64,000 nt of DNA. Origin: Anaeramoeba ignava BMAN (taxonomy: Eukaryota > Protista > Anaeramoebae). Where the stretch lies: positions 124,001 to 188,000 of the forward strand of contig JAPDFW010000082.1 of assembly GCA_028826165.1 (NCBI GenBank). The letters are read 5' to 3'. Below are positions 14,170-26,922 of this stretch, piece after piece. Each line of letters opens with the position of its first letter. The first letter of the stretch is position 1. A program made the translations under genes and the position numbers. The notes under the pieces are model-generated. The model searched no databases, was not told the DNA's origin, and was given only the letters and a program-made list of their open reading frames with translations.

Positions 14170-17100
14170 ATGAAGAAACATAAAACAATTGGATTTTTTA
14201 ATCAATCTTCTCATTTCCATTCAAATCATTCAAATAAAAATCTTTTTCAATTTCAATTTGGAAATGAAAAATCTCTTTTTTGCTTAGAATGTGTTTCAGA
14301 AACAATTTCAAATCCAAATTCTTTAAATCTTGAAAGAATTTATGCAATTAATCAAATTCAATTATTTTTCAATTTCCAAATTGAAAATAATTGTTTTCCC
14401 CAATTACAAAATGATTTATTTCCTGGAATTCTTTTCTCTTTAACTTTAACTGAAGATGAAAATTATGTTGAACTTTGTTCTCAATTTTTTCATTTCTCAA
14501 AAAATTTCCCAAATTTTGATCAAATTTTTTCTCATTTCCAATTTTTACTTCAAATTTGTAAAATTGAGAAAGTTTCAGGTTTGGTTTCTGTTTTGGCTTC
14601 TCTCACAAATGATCTTGACTTGTGTATCTCGATTTGTTCAAATTTTCAAACATTGATCCAAACCTTAATTTCTTTATTATCAAAAATTAGATCATCAATT
14701 TCTTCATTTGCGAACTCTTCTGAAAATCGATTGATTTCTGTTGTTTCTAATATTTGTTTTATTCTGTTTAAAATTTGTCAATCAGGGAATTGCTCTCTTG
14801 TTTTACACTATTTCTTTGAGTTAAATTCAGAACTTCTATCTTTTTTCATTAATCTTCCCATTCAGAATAATATATTTCATGTGGATATTATCAAAAATTG
14901 TTTTGCGTTTTTAAAATTTGTCATCTCTGAAAACGATCATTTCCAAGAAGTTATGCAACAACTTTTTTTATCTTCGACTTCTATTCTTCCTCTCTTCAAA
15001 TCTTTATGGGTTCCAAAAGAAAAACAGAATTCTCAAGAATGGATCAGTCTCCAAATTTCATCTATTCAAATTTTAAACACTTTAATTTCCAATTCACATA
15101 CTTTTGAAAATGATCTGATTATTCAAAATGAAGAAAATTCAAATTTCAATCTTCTTCTTCTTAATCAAATCATTGAGAAGGATTTAATCACAAATCTTTT
15201 TGAATTGATGTCTTATAATTTTTGTCAGAAAGATCATCTTTTTACTTCGGTTGAATCTGCTGAGAAAACTCTTAAAATATTCCTTCTTGAAGATTCTTTG
15301 TCTTTATTATTGGAAATTTCTTTAGCTTTTCCTTCTCAAACTATTCAAAAATTCTTCCTAGGATTTCCAACTTTAGTAAAAATATTTCATTTAGTTTATC
15401 TTCAAAAAGACCATTTCTCAGACCAAATTTTTTCTGTTCTTATAAAAATCCTTTCCATTTTAACTCATAACCTAATCCCAATTCCAGGAATAGATTTGCA
15501 AATTGTGAATTTTTTTTTTGATGATGTGATATCAATAATAGGCAATTTTTTCAATCAAAATTTATTTGTTCCGTTATGTTCCATTTGGCGAAATCTTTTT
15601 TCCATTTTAACAACTTCCGATTTTGATTATGACTTGATCCACAAAATTTCTGACACTCTTTATAATTTAAACAATTTTTGTGTTTCTCAATTCAACAATC
15701 AACCTAATTTAGTTAATTTCTCAGATTTTTTATATTCAGAATCTGTGCTACAAATAATAAGTTCTATTCTGGAATCAGAAATTGCAATTCAAGATTTTCC
15801 TTTCGAAAAAAATTTGCATAATTTAGTCTATTTTCTATTCAATCCTTCCTTCATCAAAATTCAAACCAATAACCAGGAAATGGAACAGAAAATGCTTGAA
15901 TTTTCAATTTACTTGAAAGTTCTTCGTCAATTAATAGAAAAAGAAAAAAATGATTTTTCACTGTCAAAGTTCCATCTTCAAGAAATATTTCGAATTGGAA
16001 TTTTTCAAGTTGCATTTAGTTTCAATCAAGAATTGGTAATTTATGAAGAAAATCACAAAGAGTTTCTTTTTGTGGAAGGAGAAGTAGAAGAAAATAATTC
16101 GATAGCAGAAGCAAGAGTAGAAATGGCTCGATTCATTTCTGAGATTGGATCCAATTTGGGTATTGATTTTGAAATGGATCTTTTATATCAAGTACTTAAA
16201 AAAAATGTTAAAGAGTTTATTAATATTCTTTGTAATGGACATGATTGTCTGGAATTATTGAATTTTCAATTAACAATTATTAATCTCATGTATCTCTCAT
16301 CTTTTCTTTCAGATCATATCATTTTTAATTCCTTGGAATGGAAGTTAGCTATTTCTCGTTTTGTTATTCAAAGCTTGAATCACATTTCATCTCCATCTCC
16401 AAATCAAATGGATCGAGTTGTTTATTTATTTCTTTCAATCATTTCTTCACAAGACAATGAGAAAGAGATTTGGGAAGATTTCAAAACAAACGATAAAAAT
16501 ATCGTTTCTTTCATTATATCTGCAATTAAGCGTCTTGTTTCTAAATTGAAAAAGATGGATCCATTTCGTTCGCCACCAATTCATGGTGAAGTTTTAATTT
16601 TTTATTGGAAAAGGATAAAATTACGTTATTGGAACCAAAGAATGATTGGCTTTTGGATTTCTAATGAGAATTATTTGCATTTGTTTGATGAAGAAAATGG
16701 AAATCAAAGCGAGTTAGTTGAATTGATAGCTACAAATCCTTCAGGAATGGATATCTTGGTTTCTCTTCTTCCTAAATCCAAATATTTTAATCCAATTTTA
16801 AATTTGATTCCAAAATGTTTGAAAGTGAAAAACCAGAATTTAGATTATCAAAAGATTGAAAATACTCTTCTCCAAATTTCAAAATTTGATAGTAAAATGG
16901 ATCAAAAAGAAAAAAAGAAGAGAACAAAACAAATTTTGAAAAGTTTTGCAGCTTTATCAAAAGTAAACAAAAATCTGAAACTGAATTCAATTAAATTTTT
17001 GCTAGTTCAATTAAAAGAAAAGAAAGATCTCACCATTTTTCTTTTTTCTTGTAATTCCTTGAATTATATGATCGCAAACAATGAATCCATTATCAAAAAT

Positions 17101-18042
17101 GTTTTTGAAAAAGAGAACTTGAATCAAGATTTTTTCTCATTGAATTTTTTCGAAGATTTGCAAAAAAAATTTAGTGCATGGCTCATTAAATCATTAGATC
17201 CTTTAAAAAGAAGAAAGAAAAATTTGTTATTTTCCTGTTTAAATTCTATTTTGGTTCTGTTTCTTCAAATGAGGAAATTCCTTCCAGATCTCAACATTTT
17301 AAAAATTGAAGAACTCCTTTCATTAATCCAAAAAAGTAACTTTATTGGCAATCCAAAAGCAAGTTATTCTCAATCTGTATTTAAAGCATTAATTATGCAT
17401 TTATTAAATGTTCAACTCAGAAAACAATTTGAAAGAAACAACCTTTTTGATAATGCAGATTTTTTATCTAAATTTTCTCCTTTAGTTCCGATAATCCAGA
17501 ATTATCTTGTTTATCCTTTACAAATTCTTTCAAGAGAAGCTAGAATGAATCTTGAAATTATTTTCGATCATATTCCAAATTCAAATTATGGTTCTTTTGC
17601 TTTTCTTTCTCATTTCTTTTTAAATAACCTGGAGATTTCCACACAAAATTATCAAGAAAAAACTTTCCAAAATAATTATTCAATAATCCATTTCTTGATG
17701 AAAAGTTTTCTTGTTCCAAATAATCTAGTTTCAGAATATGTTTCTTCAAAGCATTTTGATATTCTTGTCAATAATTTTGAAATGCTTGTCTCGGATTTTG
17801 AAATTAAAAAGTACGATTTATTCTGGTTAAAAGAATTTGATTCCTTATATCAAATAATTCTAATTATTGAGAAAGAATTGCAAAAAGTTTATCAGAAAAT
17901 GTTTAATTTTGAAGGAATTCTTGATCAATGCAAAATTGGAAATGTTGAATTTGAAATGAAGGAAGTTAAAGGAATAGAATCAATTCTTGAGAAATTTCAA
18001 CAAGAAATAATTTTAGAAGAATTCATTAATTTTTCGAAATGA
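14170..18042 (+). CDS. Probable MEI1/PRD1-family meiotic double-strand-break accessory protein (helical-repeat, 1290 aa)
   Basis: N-terminal CLECVSETISNPNSLNLERIYAINQI and LFSLTLTEDENYVELC resemble, from memory, the conserved N-termini of plant PRD1 (CLxCFSNLxSDPxSPxxHVSYALxQL) and animal MEI1 (CLACALELLPDP..; LLCSMEDGSVTDLC). The length is similar. The ORF is certain; the family call is not database-checked. Confidence 0.62.
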   Translation: MKKHKTIGFFNQSSHFHSNHSNKNLFQFQFGNEKSLFCLECVSETISNPNSLNLERIYAINQIQLFFNFQIENNCFPQLQNDLFPGILFSLTLTEDENYVELCSQFFHFSKNFPNFDQIFSHFQFLLQICKIEKVSGLVSVLASLTNDLDLCISICSNFQTLIQTLISLLSKIRSSISSFANSSENRLISVVSNICFILFKICQSGNCSLVLHYFFELNSELLSFFINLPIQNNIFHVDIIKNCFAFLKFVISENDHFQEVMQQLFLSSTSILPLFKSLWVPKEKQNSQEWISLQISSIQILNTLISNSHTFENDLIIQNEENSNFNLLLLNQIIEKDLITNLFELMSYNFCQKDHLFTSVESAEKTLKIFLLEDSLSLLLEISLAFPSQTIQKFFLGFPTLVKIFHLVYLQKDHFSDQIFSVLIKILSILTHNLIPIPGIDLQIVNFFFDDVISIIGNFFNQNLFVPLCSIWRNLFSILTTSDFDYDLIHKISDTLYNLNNFCVSQFNNQPNLVNFSDFLYSESVLQIISSILESEIAIQDFPFEKNLHNLVYFLFNPSFIKIQTNNQEMEQKMLEFSIYLKVLRQLIEKEKNDFSLSKFHLQEIFRIGIFQVAFSFNQELVIYEENHKEFLFVEGEVEENNSIAEARVEMARFISEIGSNLGIDFEMDLLYQVLKKNVKEFINILCNGHDCLELLNFQLTIINLMYLSSFLSDHIIFNSLEWKLAISRFVIQSLNHISSPSPNQMDRVVYLFLSIISSQDNEKEIWEDFKTNDKNIVSFIISAIKRLVSKLKKMDPFRSPPIHGEVLIFYWKRIKLRYWNQRMIGFWISNENYLHLFDEENGNQSELVELIATNPSGMDILVSLLPKSKYFNPILNLIPKCLKVKNQNLDYQKIENTLLQISKFDSKMDQKEKKKRTKQILKSFAALSKVNKNLKLNSIKFLLVQLKEKKDLTIFLFSCNSLNYMIANNESIIKNVFEKENLNQDFFSLNFFEDLQKKFSAWLIKSLDPLKRRKKNLLFSCLNSILVLFLQMRKFLPDLNILKIEELLSLIQKSNFIGNPKASYSQSVFKALIMHLLNVQLRKQFERNNLFDNADFLSKFSPLVPIIQNYLVYPLQILSREARMNLEIIFDHIPNSNYGSFAFLSHFFLNNLEISTQNYQEKTFQNNYSIIHFLMKSFLVPNNLVSEYVSSKHFDILVNNFEMLVSDFEIKKYDLFWLKEFDSLYQIILIIEKELQKVYQKMFNFEGILDQCKIGNVEFEMKEVKGIESILEKFQQEIILEEFINFSK

Positions 18043-18117
18043 ACAAAAAAAAACAAAACAAAATGAAACAAAAAGAACAAAAAATAAATTAAATTCTGTT
18101 TTTTTCAAAGTTAGAAT

Positions 18118-18521
18118 TTAAAATAAAAATGTAGCAGTTCGAGTTAAAGAAACAATAAGATAAAGAACTGAAAAACCACAAGCATAAAGAGCCAAATGTT
18201 TTTGAGTCATTAAAAATGGGCCACTTTCATAAATAGAAGCAATTAAAACACCTTTTAAAAATTAAATGTAAATTAAATTAAATTAAATTAAAAAATTAAT
18301 TAGGAATACAAACCACAAACAGAACCATAACCAAAAGCAAAAATTGCTCCAATTAAAGCTAAAGCAAAAGGAACCCAAAAACCTGAAATTTTTCTTACTG
18401 AATTTAAAGCAACTAATCCAACAATAAAATAAATTAACGAAATTATTACAACAACCCAAATTACAAAGCCAAGCCAAATATCTTTAAAAGAAGAGTAAGT
18501 ATCTTGAGATAAATTTGTCAT
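18118..18521 (-). CDS. TMEM170: TMEM170-family small ER membrane protein, ~113 aa. Exons 18521-18314, 18251-18118
   Basis: Three hydrophobic segments with SFKDIWLGFVIW, IVGLVAL, LIASIY and C-terminal VSLTRTATFL. The intron is 62 nt. Confidence 0.78.
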
Positions 18522-18602
18522 TCTTTATTTTTTATTTTTTGTTTTTAATAAGAAAGAAAGAAAAAAATGGTTTTTTTTAAAATTCATTTTTTTCTTTTTG
18601 AA

Positions 18603-20686
18603 ATGAAATTTCAAATTGTGATTTTGTTATTGATTTACTTTGTGATTGTTTGTGGTTCAGGAAACACTTTACTTATCAATTTATTTTATCCGTATGAAAA
18701 TCTTGATAAAAATTCTCATTTATTTTTAAGAGGAGATGATTGTGGATTGAATTGGGATTCTGGAATTCAAATGAAAAGTGATCCTGACAACAATTTATTT
18801 TTCTTATCGATTGATGTTGATAGTTCATGTTCTGGTAATGAACTTCAAATGAAAGCACTTGTTGATGATAATGATTGGCAAATTGGAGCAAATTTTATGG
18901 TTGATATTTCTGGAATTCAGAATTACAAAGGTTCTGATTCTGTTTCTTATTCTTTTAAAGGATATCCTTGGTTTTATACAACAGATGGGGAATATAAATA
19001 CATTCGGAATGTAAATTTTCATATTAATTTTAATATTAATTTTAATATTAAATTTAATTTTATTTTTAATTTTTATTTTTAATTTTAATTTTAAATTTTA
19101 TTTTAATTTTAATTTTAATTTTTAAAATTTAGGTTTATTCTCCTCAATTAAACAATACACGTGATTTGGTTATTTATACTCCTCCAAGTTATAATGAAAA
19201 TTACTTAAAAATTTATGATAATATTCTTGTTGCGCATGACGGACAAAATTTAGTAAATCAAAATTAAAATCAAAATCTAAATCAAAATCAAAATCAAAAT
19301 CAAAATCAAAATCAAAATTAAAATCAAAATCAAAATTAAAATATAAATTAAAATCAAAATCAAAATTAAAATCAAAATTAAAATCAAAATTAAAATTAAA
19401 ATCAAAATCAAAATCAAAATCAAAATCAAAATCAAAATCAAAATCAAAATCAAAATCAAAATCAAAATATAAATTAAAATCAAAATCAAAATTAAAATCA
19501 AAATCAAAATTAAAATTAAAATCAAAATTAAAATCAAAATCAAAATCAAAATCAAAATCAAAATCAAAATCAAAATCAAAATCAAAATCAAAATCAAAAT
19601 CAAAATCAAAATATAAATCAAAATTAAAATCAAAATCAAAATCAAAATCAAAATCAAAATCAAAATCAAAATTAAAATTAAAATCAAAATTAAAATCAAA
19701 ATCAAAATTAAAATCAAAATCAAAATTAAAATCAAAATTAAAATTAAAATTAAAATCAAAATTAAAATTAAAATCAAAATTAAAATCAAAATCAAAATCA
19801 AAATCAAAATCAAAATCAAAATCAAAATCAAAATCAAAATCAAAATCAAAATAAAAATTAAAAACAAAATCAAAATCAAAATATAAATCAAAATTAAAAT
19901 CAAAATTAAAATTAAAATTAAAATCAAAATTAAAATTAAAATTAAAATCAAAATCAAAATTAAAATAAATTAAAATTAAAATTAAAATCAAAATATAAAT
20001 CATTCAATTTTTAGTTCAATGCATCTACATCCTTTTTAGGAATTGCATGGGATTGCCAAGACACAATTAACAACTTAGTGAATGAAGGAGAAATGGAAGA
20101 AGTTGTAATGATAGGAGTAGATAACACACCTGATCGAGACAATGAATTAACATACGATTACGATCCAACACAACACGAAGGAGGAAAAGGGAATTTATAT
20201 TTAGATTTCATTGAGCAAACAGTAATTCCTATTGTGAATGAACATTACAATAACAGATTACAAACATCAAAAAGAGAAAACATGGGAATTCTTGGGAGTT
20301 CTCTTGGAGGATTAATAAGTTGTTATGCAGGATGGACAAGATCTCTTGTTTATAGCAAGGCTTTTTGTATGAGTAGTTCTTTTTGGTGGAATTCTCAAAG
20401 CTTTCTTAATAATATTCTTGTTAATTTCCCAAATCCGTTGAAAAATTCATCAATGAATTTTTATTTGGATTCTGGTGACCAAGGTGATGATCAAGATGAT
20501 ATGGTTGAAACACAAAGTGTTCGTGATAAAATGAAATCTTTTGGTTATGTTTTGAATGATGATTTGTTTTATTATTTGGATAAAGGTGGTTGGCATAATG
20601 AACAATATTGGGGTGCAAGATTTTGGATTCCAATGACTGATTTATATCCTCCAATTCCAAAGAAGCCAACTTCAATTCAAAATTAA
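18603..20686 (+). CDS. Secreted alpha/beta-hydrolase (putative esterase, PF00756-like) with an N-terminal CBM20-like domain, ~399 aa. Exons 18603-19010, 19133-19252, 20015-20686
   Basis: Signal peptide; LFLRG..LNWDSG; YTPPSY; HDGQNLF spanning a splice junction; GSSLGG nucleophile elbow; YLDSG; HNEQYW. Confidence 0.88.
19258..19995. repeat. (AAAATC/AAAATT)n array in esterase intron 2 (19253-20014)
   Basis: Hexamer array, G-free internally. Confidence 0.95.
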
Positions 20687-21608
20687 AATCCAAAATTAAT
20701 TTAAAATTTTAATTCAAATTTAATTCAAATTCAATTCAAATTCAATTCAAATCAAATTCAAATTTAATTCAAATTTAATTCAAATTCAATTCAAATTTAA
20801 TTCAAATTTAATTCAAAATTAAAATCAAATTCAAATCAAATTCAAAATTAATTCAAAATTAATTCAAAATTCAAATTTAATTCAAAATTAATTCAAATTT
20901 AAAATTTAATTCAAATCAAATTCAAAATTAAAATCAAATTTAATTCAAAATTAATTCAATTTAATTCAAAAATTCAATTCAAATTCAAATTTAATTCAAA
21001 TCAAATTCAAATCAAATTCAATTCAAATTCAATTCAAATTTAATTCAAAATTCAAATTTAAATTTAATTCAAATTTAATTCAAATTCAAAATTAAAATTT
21101 AATTCAAATTCAAAATTTAATTCAAATTTAAAATCAAATTCAATTCAAATTTAATTCAAATTCAAATTCAAATTCAAATTCAAATTCAAATTCAAATTCA
21201 ATTCAAATTCAATTCAAATCAAATTTAATTCAAAATTTAAAAATTAATTTAAAATTTTAATTCAAATTTAATTCAAAATTTAATTCAAATTTAATTCAAA
21301 TTTAATTCAAAATTTAAAATTTAATTCAATTCAATTCGAAAATCAAATCCAAATTCAAATTTAAAATTCAATTCAAATTTAATTCAATTTAATTCAATTT
21401 AATTCAAAATTCAAATTTAATTCAATTCAAATTCAATCCAAAATTTAATTCAAATTCAAAATTTAATTCAAATTCAAATTCAAAATTTAATTCAAAATTT
21501 AATTCAAAATTTAATTTAAAATTTAATTTAAAATTAAATTCAAATTCAAATTTAATTAAAATTCAAATTCAAATTCAAATTTAAATTTAATTCAAAATTA
21601 AAATTAAA
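20687..21608. repeat. (AATTCA/AATTT)n degenerate array between the convergent esterase and TRAPPC11 genes
   Basis: Begins immediately after the esterase stop codon. No usable GT...AG pair was found. Confidence 0.9.
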
Positions 21609-21704
21609 AGTTTCCCAAAATTCTAAATATTTTCGATTTTTTAAAAACAATCAAAGAAAAAAAAAAAAGAAAAAGAAGAAAAATAAAAATAAAAATAACA
21701 AAAA

Positions 21705-24700
21705 TTAATTATCTAAACCTAAAGGAGGATAAACAAAAACATAATTAGGTTTAGACATTTCAGGAAAAACTTGAGATGAACCATTTTCCAAAAACTCAGT
21801 AACTTTAATTAAAGGAAACATAATCAAACCTTGAAAAACAGGAATAAAATTATAAGAAATTGTCTTATTTTCATTTGGAAGAATATCAACATTAATTGAA
21901 GAAACACCAGAAAAAAGAAAATTTTCATTTTTCTCAATTTCAACTGAAATAAAATGGAAAAAAGATGAACAATTTTGAATAACAAGTTTGCATTGTAATG
22001 TTTCACCAACTCTTGCTTCTTGAGGAGGATCAAAAGTAATAAGAACATCTTTTTTAATAACAACAGCAGAAGGAATTTTGAATAAGAGTTTTGTGACAAA
22101 ATCTTCTTCTTTCCATTCTTTTGCAAATTGTCCCAAATCTTCTTGAATTTTTTGGAAAGAAAACAACTTACGAGAAAAGCAAATTTGAACAAATCCAATC
22201 TCAACAAATTTGCCAATTTGAAGTGAATCTTCTTGAGAAGGAAGAACAGAAAAAAGATTTGAAAAGCAGTTGTTTTGTTGAATAAGATCTGGATTGTTTA
22301 TAATTTCATCCGGAATTGAATTCCCGAAAATTTTTCGAAATCCGGAATTAGGGACAAAATTAAAGTTGGATATTTTCAAAGGAATGTGAGTGTCGATAAC
22401 AAGACAAGAATCGAGAAAAAAGGGTCTATTTATGATAAGAGACGGTGTTTCGTTGAGAACAGGTCCCAATGAAGAAGAAAGTCTTGAGATTGTTGTTATT
22501 GATGGGATTTCTGTTCCGAAAAATTTGAGATCCATTTTGAACGGTGATTGGAAATCCAAAACAAAATCCGATTGAATTGAAGTTTGATAAAGATTTGCGG
22601 TTGTGTAATCTGCACAAACACGAATAACGTGCTCGGATTCTTTGTTGCACTTGGCAAAAAGAACAATTGAGTATTCTTTTTGCGGAAGAATTTCCGGGAG
22701 AGAAATAGAGGTTGAATTGATGTTATTTGTTGGGGATTGATAATGAATTGAACATTTTCCAAGCGGACGAATAAATTTAGGGATGAGATTCCCAGAAATT
22801 ATGTGATCCGAATGGCTCAACAAACGCAGATGGATCGGAAAGTATTCAAATACAAAAGGTGGAGTCTGCATTTTCGCGACTATTTCCATCTGCGCTCGTG
22901 GCCGTTGAATATGTACAATTGGGCGTGATGGATGCTTTGCTGGATGGAATGATTCTTTTTGAAAAATTTCGAATGGATTCCAACGGAAAAATACAAAATT
23001 TTTTTCCGATTCCGTTAATTTTGTATTTTGAAGTCCCAATTTTACGCTTATGCATTGAATTATTGATGGTGTTTTTGCTTTGAATGAAAATCGAAATGTT
23101 TTCGGTTGTTCTGGAAGAAGAACAATTTCTGAATTTTCTGATTCAGTGTGTGTTAAAGTTTGTATTCTATCAAGTGAAATATCGAATTTTTGTATGTTAA
23201 ATAAGATTTCAATTTGAGAGCAAATGATTTTTCTTGGGAAATGTGATATAAATCGGCATTTATATATGAGTGTATCATTTTGATAAGCTTTTGTTGTTGT
23301 AAAATGTGTTCGAGTTTCTATAAGTGAATAAAATGGAGTATCAAGTTTCATTTCGAAAATGAGTTCTTGAGGAAGGAATGTTTTATTAAAAATGGAATGA
23401 GGTTCCTTAAATTCAAAATAAATATGAAATTTAAAATAAATATTATTTGATTTGATTGAAATTTAAAATAAATATTAAATTAAATATTGAATTGAAATTT
23501 AAAATAAATATTATTTGATTTGATTTGATTTGATTTGATTTATATATTTATATATATTTATATATATATTTTTTTTTATAATTCATCTACATAAAGAGCA
23601 CTAAAAAATTTTTCATGATATTCAATCCTTTGCGCCAATGAATGCTTAAATTCAGGAATGAGTAACTCAAGAACAGTATCAACAAACAACTTTTGATCTG
23701 CTGTTTGAATTGAACATTCCATTAAATTCAGTAATTGAGGAATTAACAAAGAATCCCATTGAATTTTTCTGAAATTAGAAGCAATCTGAATAAATTTTTC
23801 CTTTGCAAGATCATATTCAGCTTTGCTTAAATGTTGTTGAGCAATTTTAGATTGAAGAGAAATTAAAAGCCTTTCAGAATTTTCTTGGTCAGAATAATGA
23901 TGATAAGCTTTTTGTAATAAATGTAAAATTTGGGAAGAATGTCGAAAATTTTTTTCAGCAGAAAGTTCTTGTAGAAATCCAAATTGTAAATTGGGTTGAC
24001 CAATGAAATTAAGTTTGGGAAAATCAAGTAAATGCATATGAAAAGTTTGTGATGTATGAAAATTCTTTTCAACACGAGATAATTGATCTTCATATTTTAC
24101 AAGTAATTCTTCAACCGCTCTTTGTCTTTTCATTGCATATTCTGCTGCTAATTGATAATATAATCCAATGTTTTTTGTAATTTTGGGTTGAATTCCTGAT
24201 TGTCTTGATATATTTTCCTCAAGAAGTTCTGCAAATGATAAATATTGTTGTGAAATACTTGCATAAGATTCGAAATCTCGTTCCGAATCTTCGGAATTAA
24301 TTCTACGGACAAAGTTTATATGCTTATGAAATTCTTCAATTCCTTCAACAAAATTTTTATTTACAAAATGCAATCGAGTTATTTTGATATTCAGTACTTC
24401 AAGTACTGTTTTAATTTCTGTAAGCATTTCTTTTTTATTTATCATTTCTTTGACTTCTTGGTATGACTTTTGATAATATTTAATTGCATTTTTAAAATCT
24501 ATTCTACATTCAGAATAAAATCCGCATTTAAAAAGATGTCTTGCAATAAGTGTATTTTGTGTTTTTCTGTTTAAAATATCTTGATATTTTTTGATTTTGC
24601 GAATTTCTTCTTTATGTATTCGATTTGCATAATTTCGAATTGCACTTTCAATTCTTGAATAATAAGGATTAGGGAAATTTTGTGGAAAAATAAGAAATGT

Positions 24701-26922
24701 TCCTTTTTTGTTTTCGAAATCTCCTTTTCTTTTAAGGAATGTAATTTTTTCTTCAATAACTTCACCTTTTTTCGAATTATTATTAAATTTATTATTAAAT
24801 TTATTATTAAAATTATTATTAAAATTTATTATTAAATTTATTATTAAAAATTATTATTAAAATTATTATTAAAATTATTATTAAAATTATTATTAAATTT
24901 ATTATTAAATTTATTATTAAAATTATTATTAAATTTATTATTAAAATTATTATTAAAATTATTATTAAAATTATTATTAAAATTATTATTATATTTATTA
25001 TTAAAATTATTATTAAATTTATTATTAAAATTATTATTAAATTTATTATTAAAATTATTATTAAAATTTATTATTAAATTTATTATTAAATTTATTATTA
25101 AATTTATTATTAAAATTATTATTAAAAATTATTAAAATTATTATTAAATTGATTATTAAAATTATTATTAAATTGATTATTAAAAATTATTATTAAAAAT
25201 ATTTATTAAATTGATTATTAAATTTTATTATTAAATTTATTATTAAAATTATTATTAAAATTATTATTAAAATTATTATTAAAATTATTATTAAAATTAT
25301 TATTAAAATTATTATTAAATTTATTATTAAATTTATTATTAAATTTATTATTAAAATTATTATTAAATTTATTATTAAATTTATTATTAAATTATTATTA
25401 AAATTATTATTAAAATTATTATTAAAATTATTATTAAATTTATTATTAAATTTATTTATTAAATTTATTATTAAAATTATTATTAAAATTATTATTAAAT
25501 TTATTATTAAATTTATTATTAAATTTATTATTAAATTTATTATTAAAATTATTATTAAAATTATTATTAAAATTATTATTAAATTTGTTATTAAAATTAT
25601 TATTAAAAATTATTATTAAAATTATTATTAATTTATTATTAAAATTGATTATTAAATTTATTATTAAATTGATTATTAAATTTATTATTAAAAATTATTA
25701 TTAAAATTATTATTTAATTTATTATTTAATTTTATTATTTAATTTTATTATTTAATTTATTATTAAAATTATTATTAAATTATTATTAAAATTATTATTA
25801 AAATTATTATTAAATTTATTATTAAAATTATTATTAAAATTTATTATTAAATTTATTATTAAAATTATTATTAAAATTATTATTTTAATTTATTATTAAA
25901 TTTATTATTTAAATTTATTATTAAAATTATTATTAAAATTATTATTAAAATTGTTATTAAAATTATTATTAAATTTATTATTAAATTTATTATTGAAATT
26001 TATTATTAAAATTATTATTAAAAATTATTATTAAAATTATTATTAAAATTATTATTAAATTTATTATTAAATTTATTATTAAATTTATTATTAAAATTAT
26101 TATTAAATTTATTATTAATTTATTATTAAATTTATTTATTAAATTTATTATTAAAATTATTATTAAAATTATTATTAAATTTATTATTAAATTTATTATT
26201 AAATTTATTATTAAAATTATTATTAAATTTATTATTAAAATTATTATTAAATTTATTATTAAATTTATTATTAAAATTATTATTAAATTGATTATTAAAA
26301 TTATTATTAAATTTATTATTAAATTTATTATTAAAATTATTATTAAAATTATTATTAAATTTATTATTAAATTTATTATTAAATTTATTATTAAATTTAT
26401 TATTAAATTTATTATTAAATTTATTATTAAATTTATTATTAAAATTATTATTAATTTATTATTAAATTTATTATTAAATTGATTATTAAAATTATTATTA
26501 AAATTTATTATTAAATTTATTTAAATAAGTTTACTAAATCCACTTGGAGCATTTTGTAAAACAAGCAGAATAATCGACTTAAAATTCCTTAATTTTAAAC
26601 ACTCATTAAGATGACTAAGTTGATCCAAAATATCTTTCTCTGATTTTTTTGTGTTTAAAAAATCGAATTGATGGCAAGAAACAACAACAACAGGATAAGT
26701 ATAAAAATGCTTTATAAGCCAATTTCCACTAATTATCCCACCAGGAATGTAATTATCAAGTTCTTGTATTGATGTTCTTTTGTGCGGTCTTATATCTGTA
26801 AATGATACAAAATTGAATTTATTTTCAAATTTTTTTTGAATAGAAATTTGTGTTTCAGGATTTCCTGTCAATCCTACTAAAGGAATGGGATGTGTTAATA
26901 ACTCTTTGGGATATATATTCAT
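21705..26922 (-). CDS. TRAPPC11: TRAPP III subunit TRAPPC11 (foie gras/gryzun), ~1087 aa. Exons 26922-26535, 24765-23591, 23405-21705
   Basis: PKELLTHPIPLVGLTG, PGGIISGNWLIKH..PVVVV, RHLFKCGFYSE, GLYYQLAAEYAMKR, and C-terminal FLFSG..ILP..YNFIP..G...P. Confidence 0.9.
24777..26522. repeat. (TTATTATTAAAA/T)n 12-mer array forming TRAPPC11 intron 1 (24766-26534)
   Basis: About 1.75 kb periodic array. Confidence 0.95.

Noticed and set aside
20687-21608. Telomeric repeat or 3'UTR intron
   Set aside because: The tract is internal, degenerate and lacks a G-rich strand of telomere type. There is no GT...AG pair on either strand within the tract.
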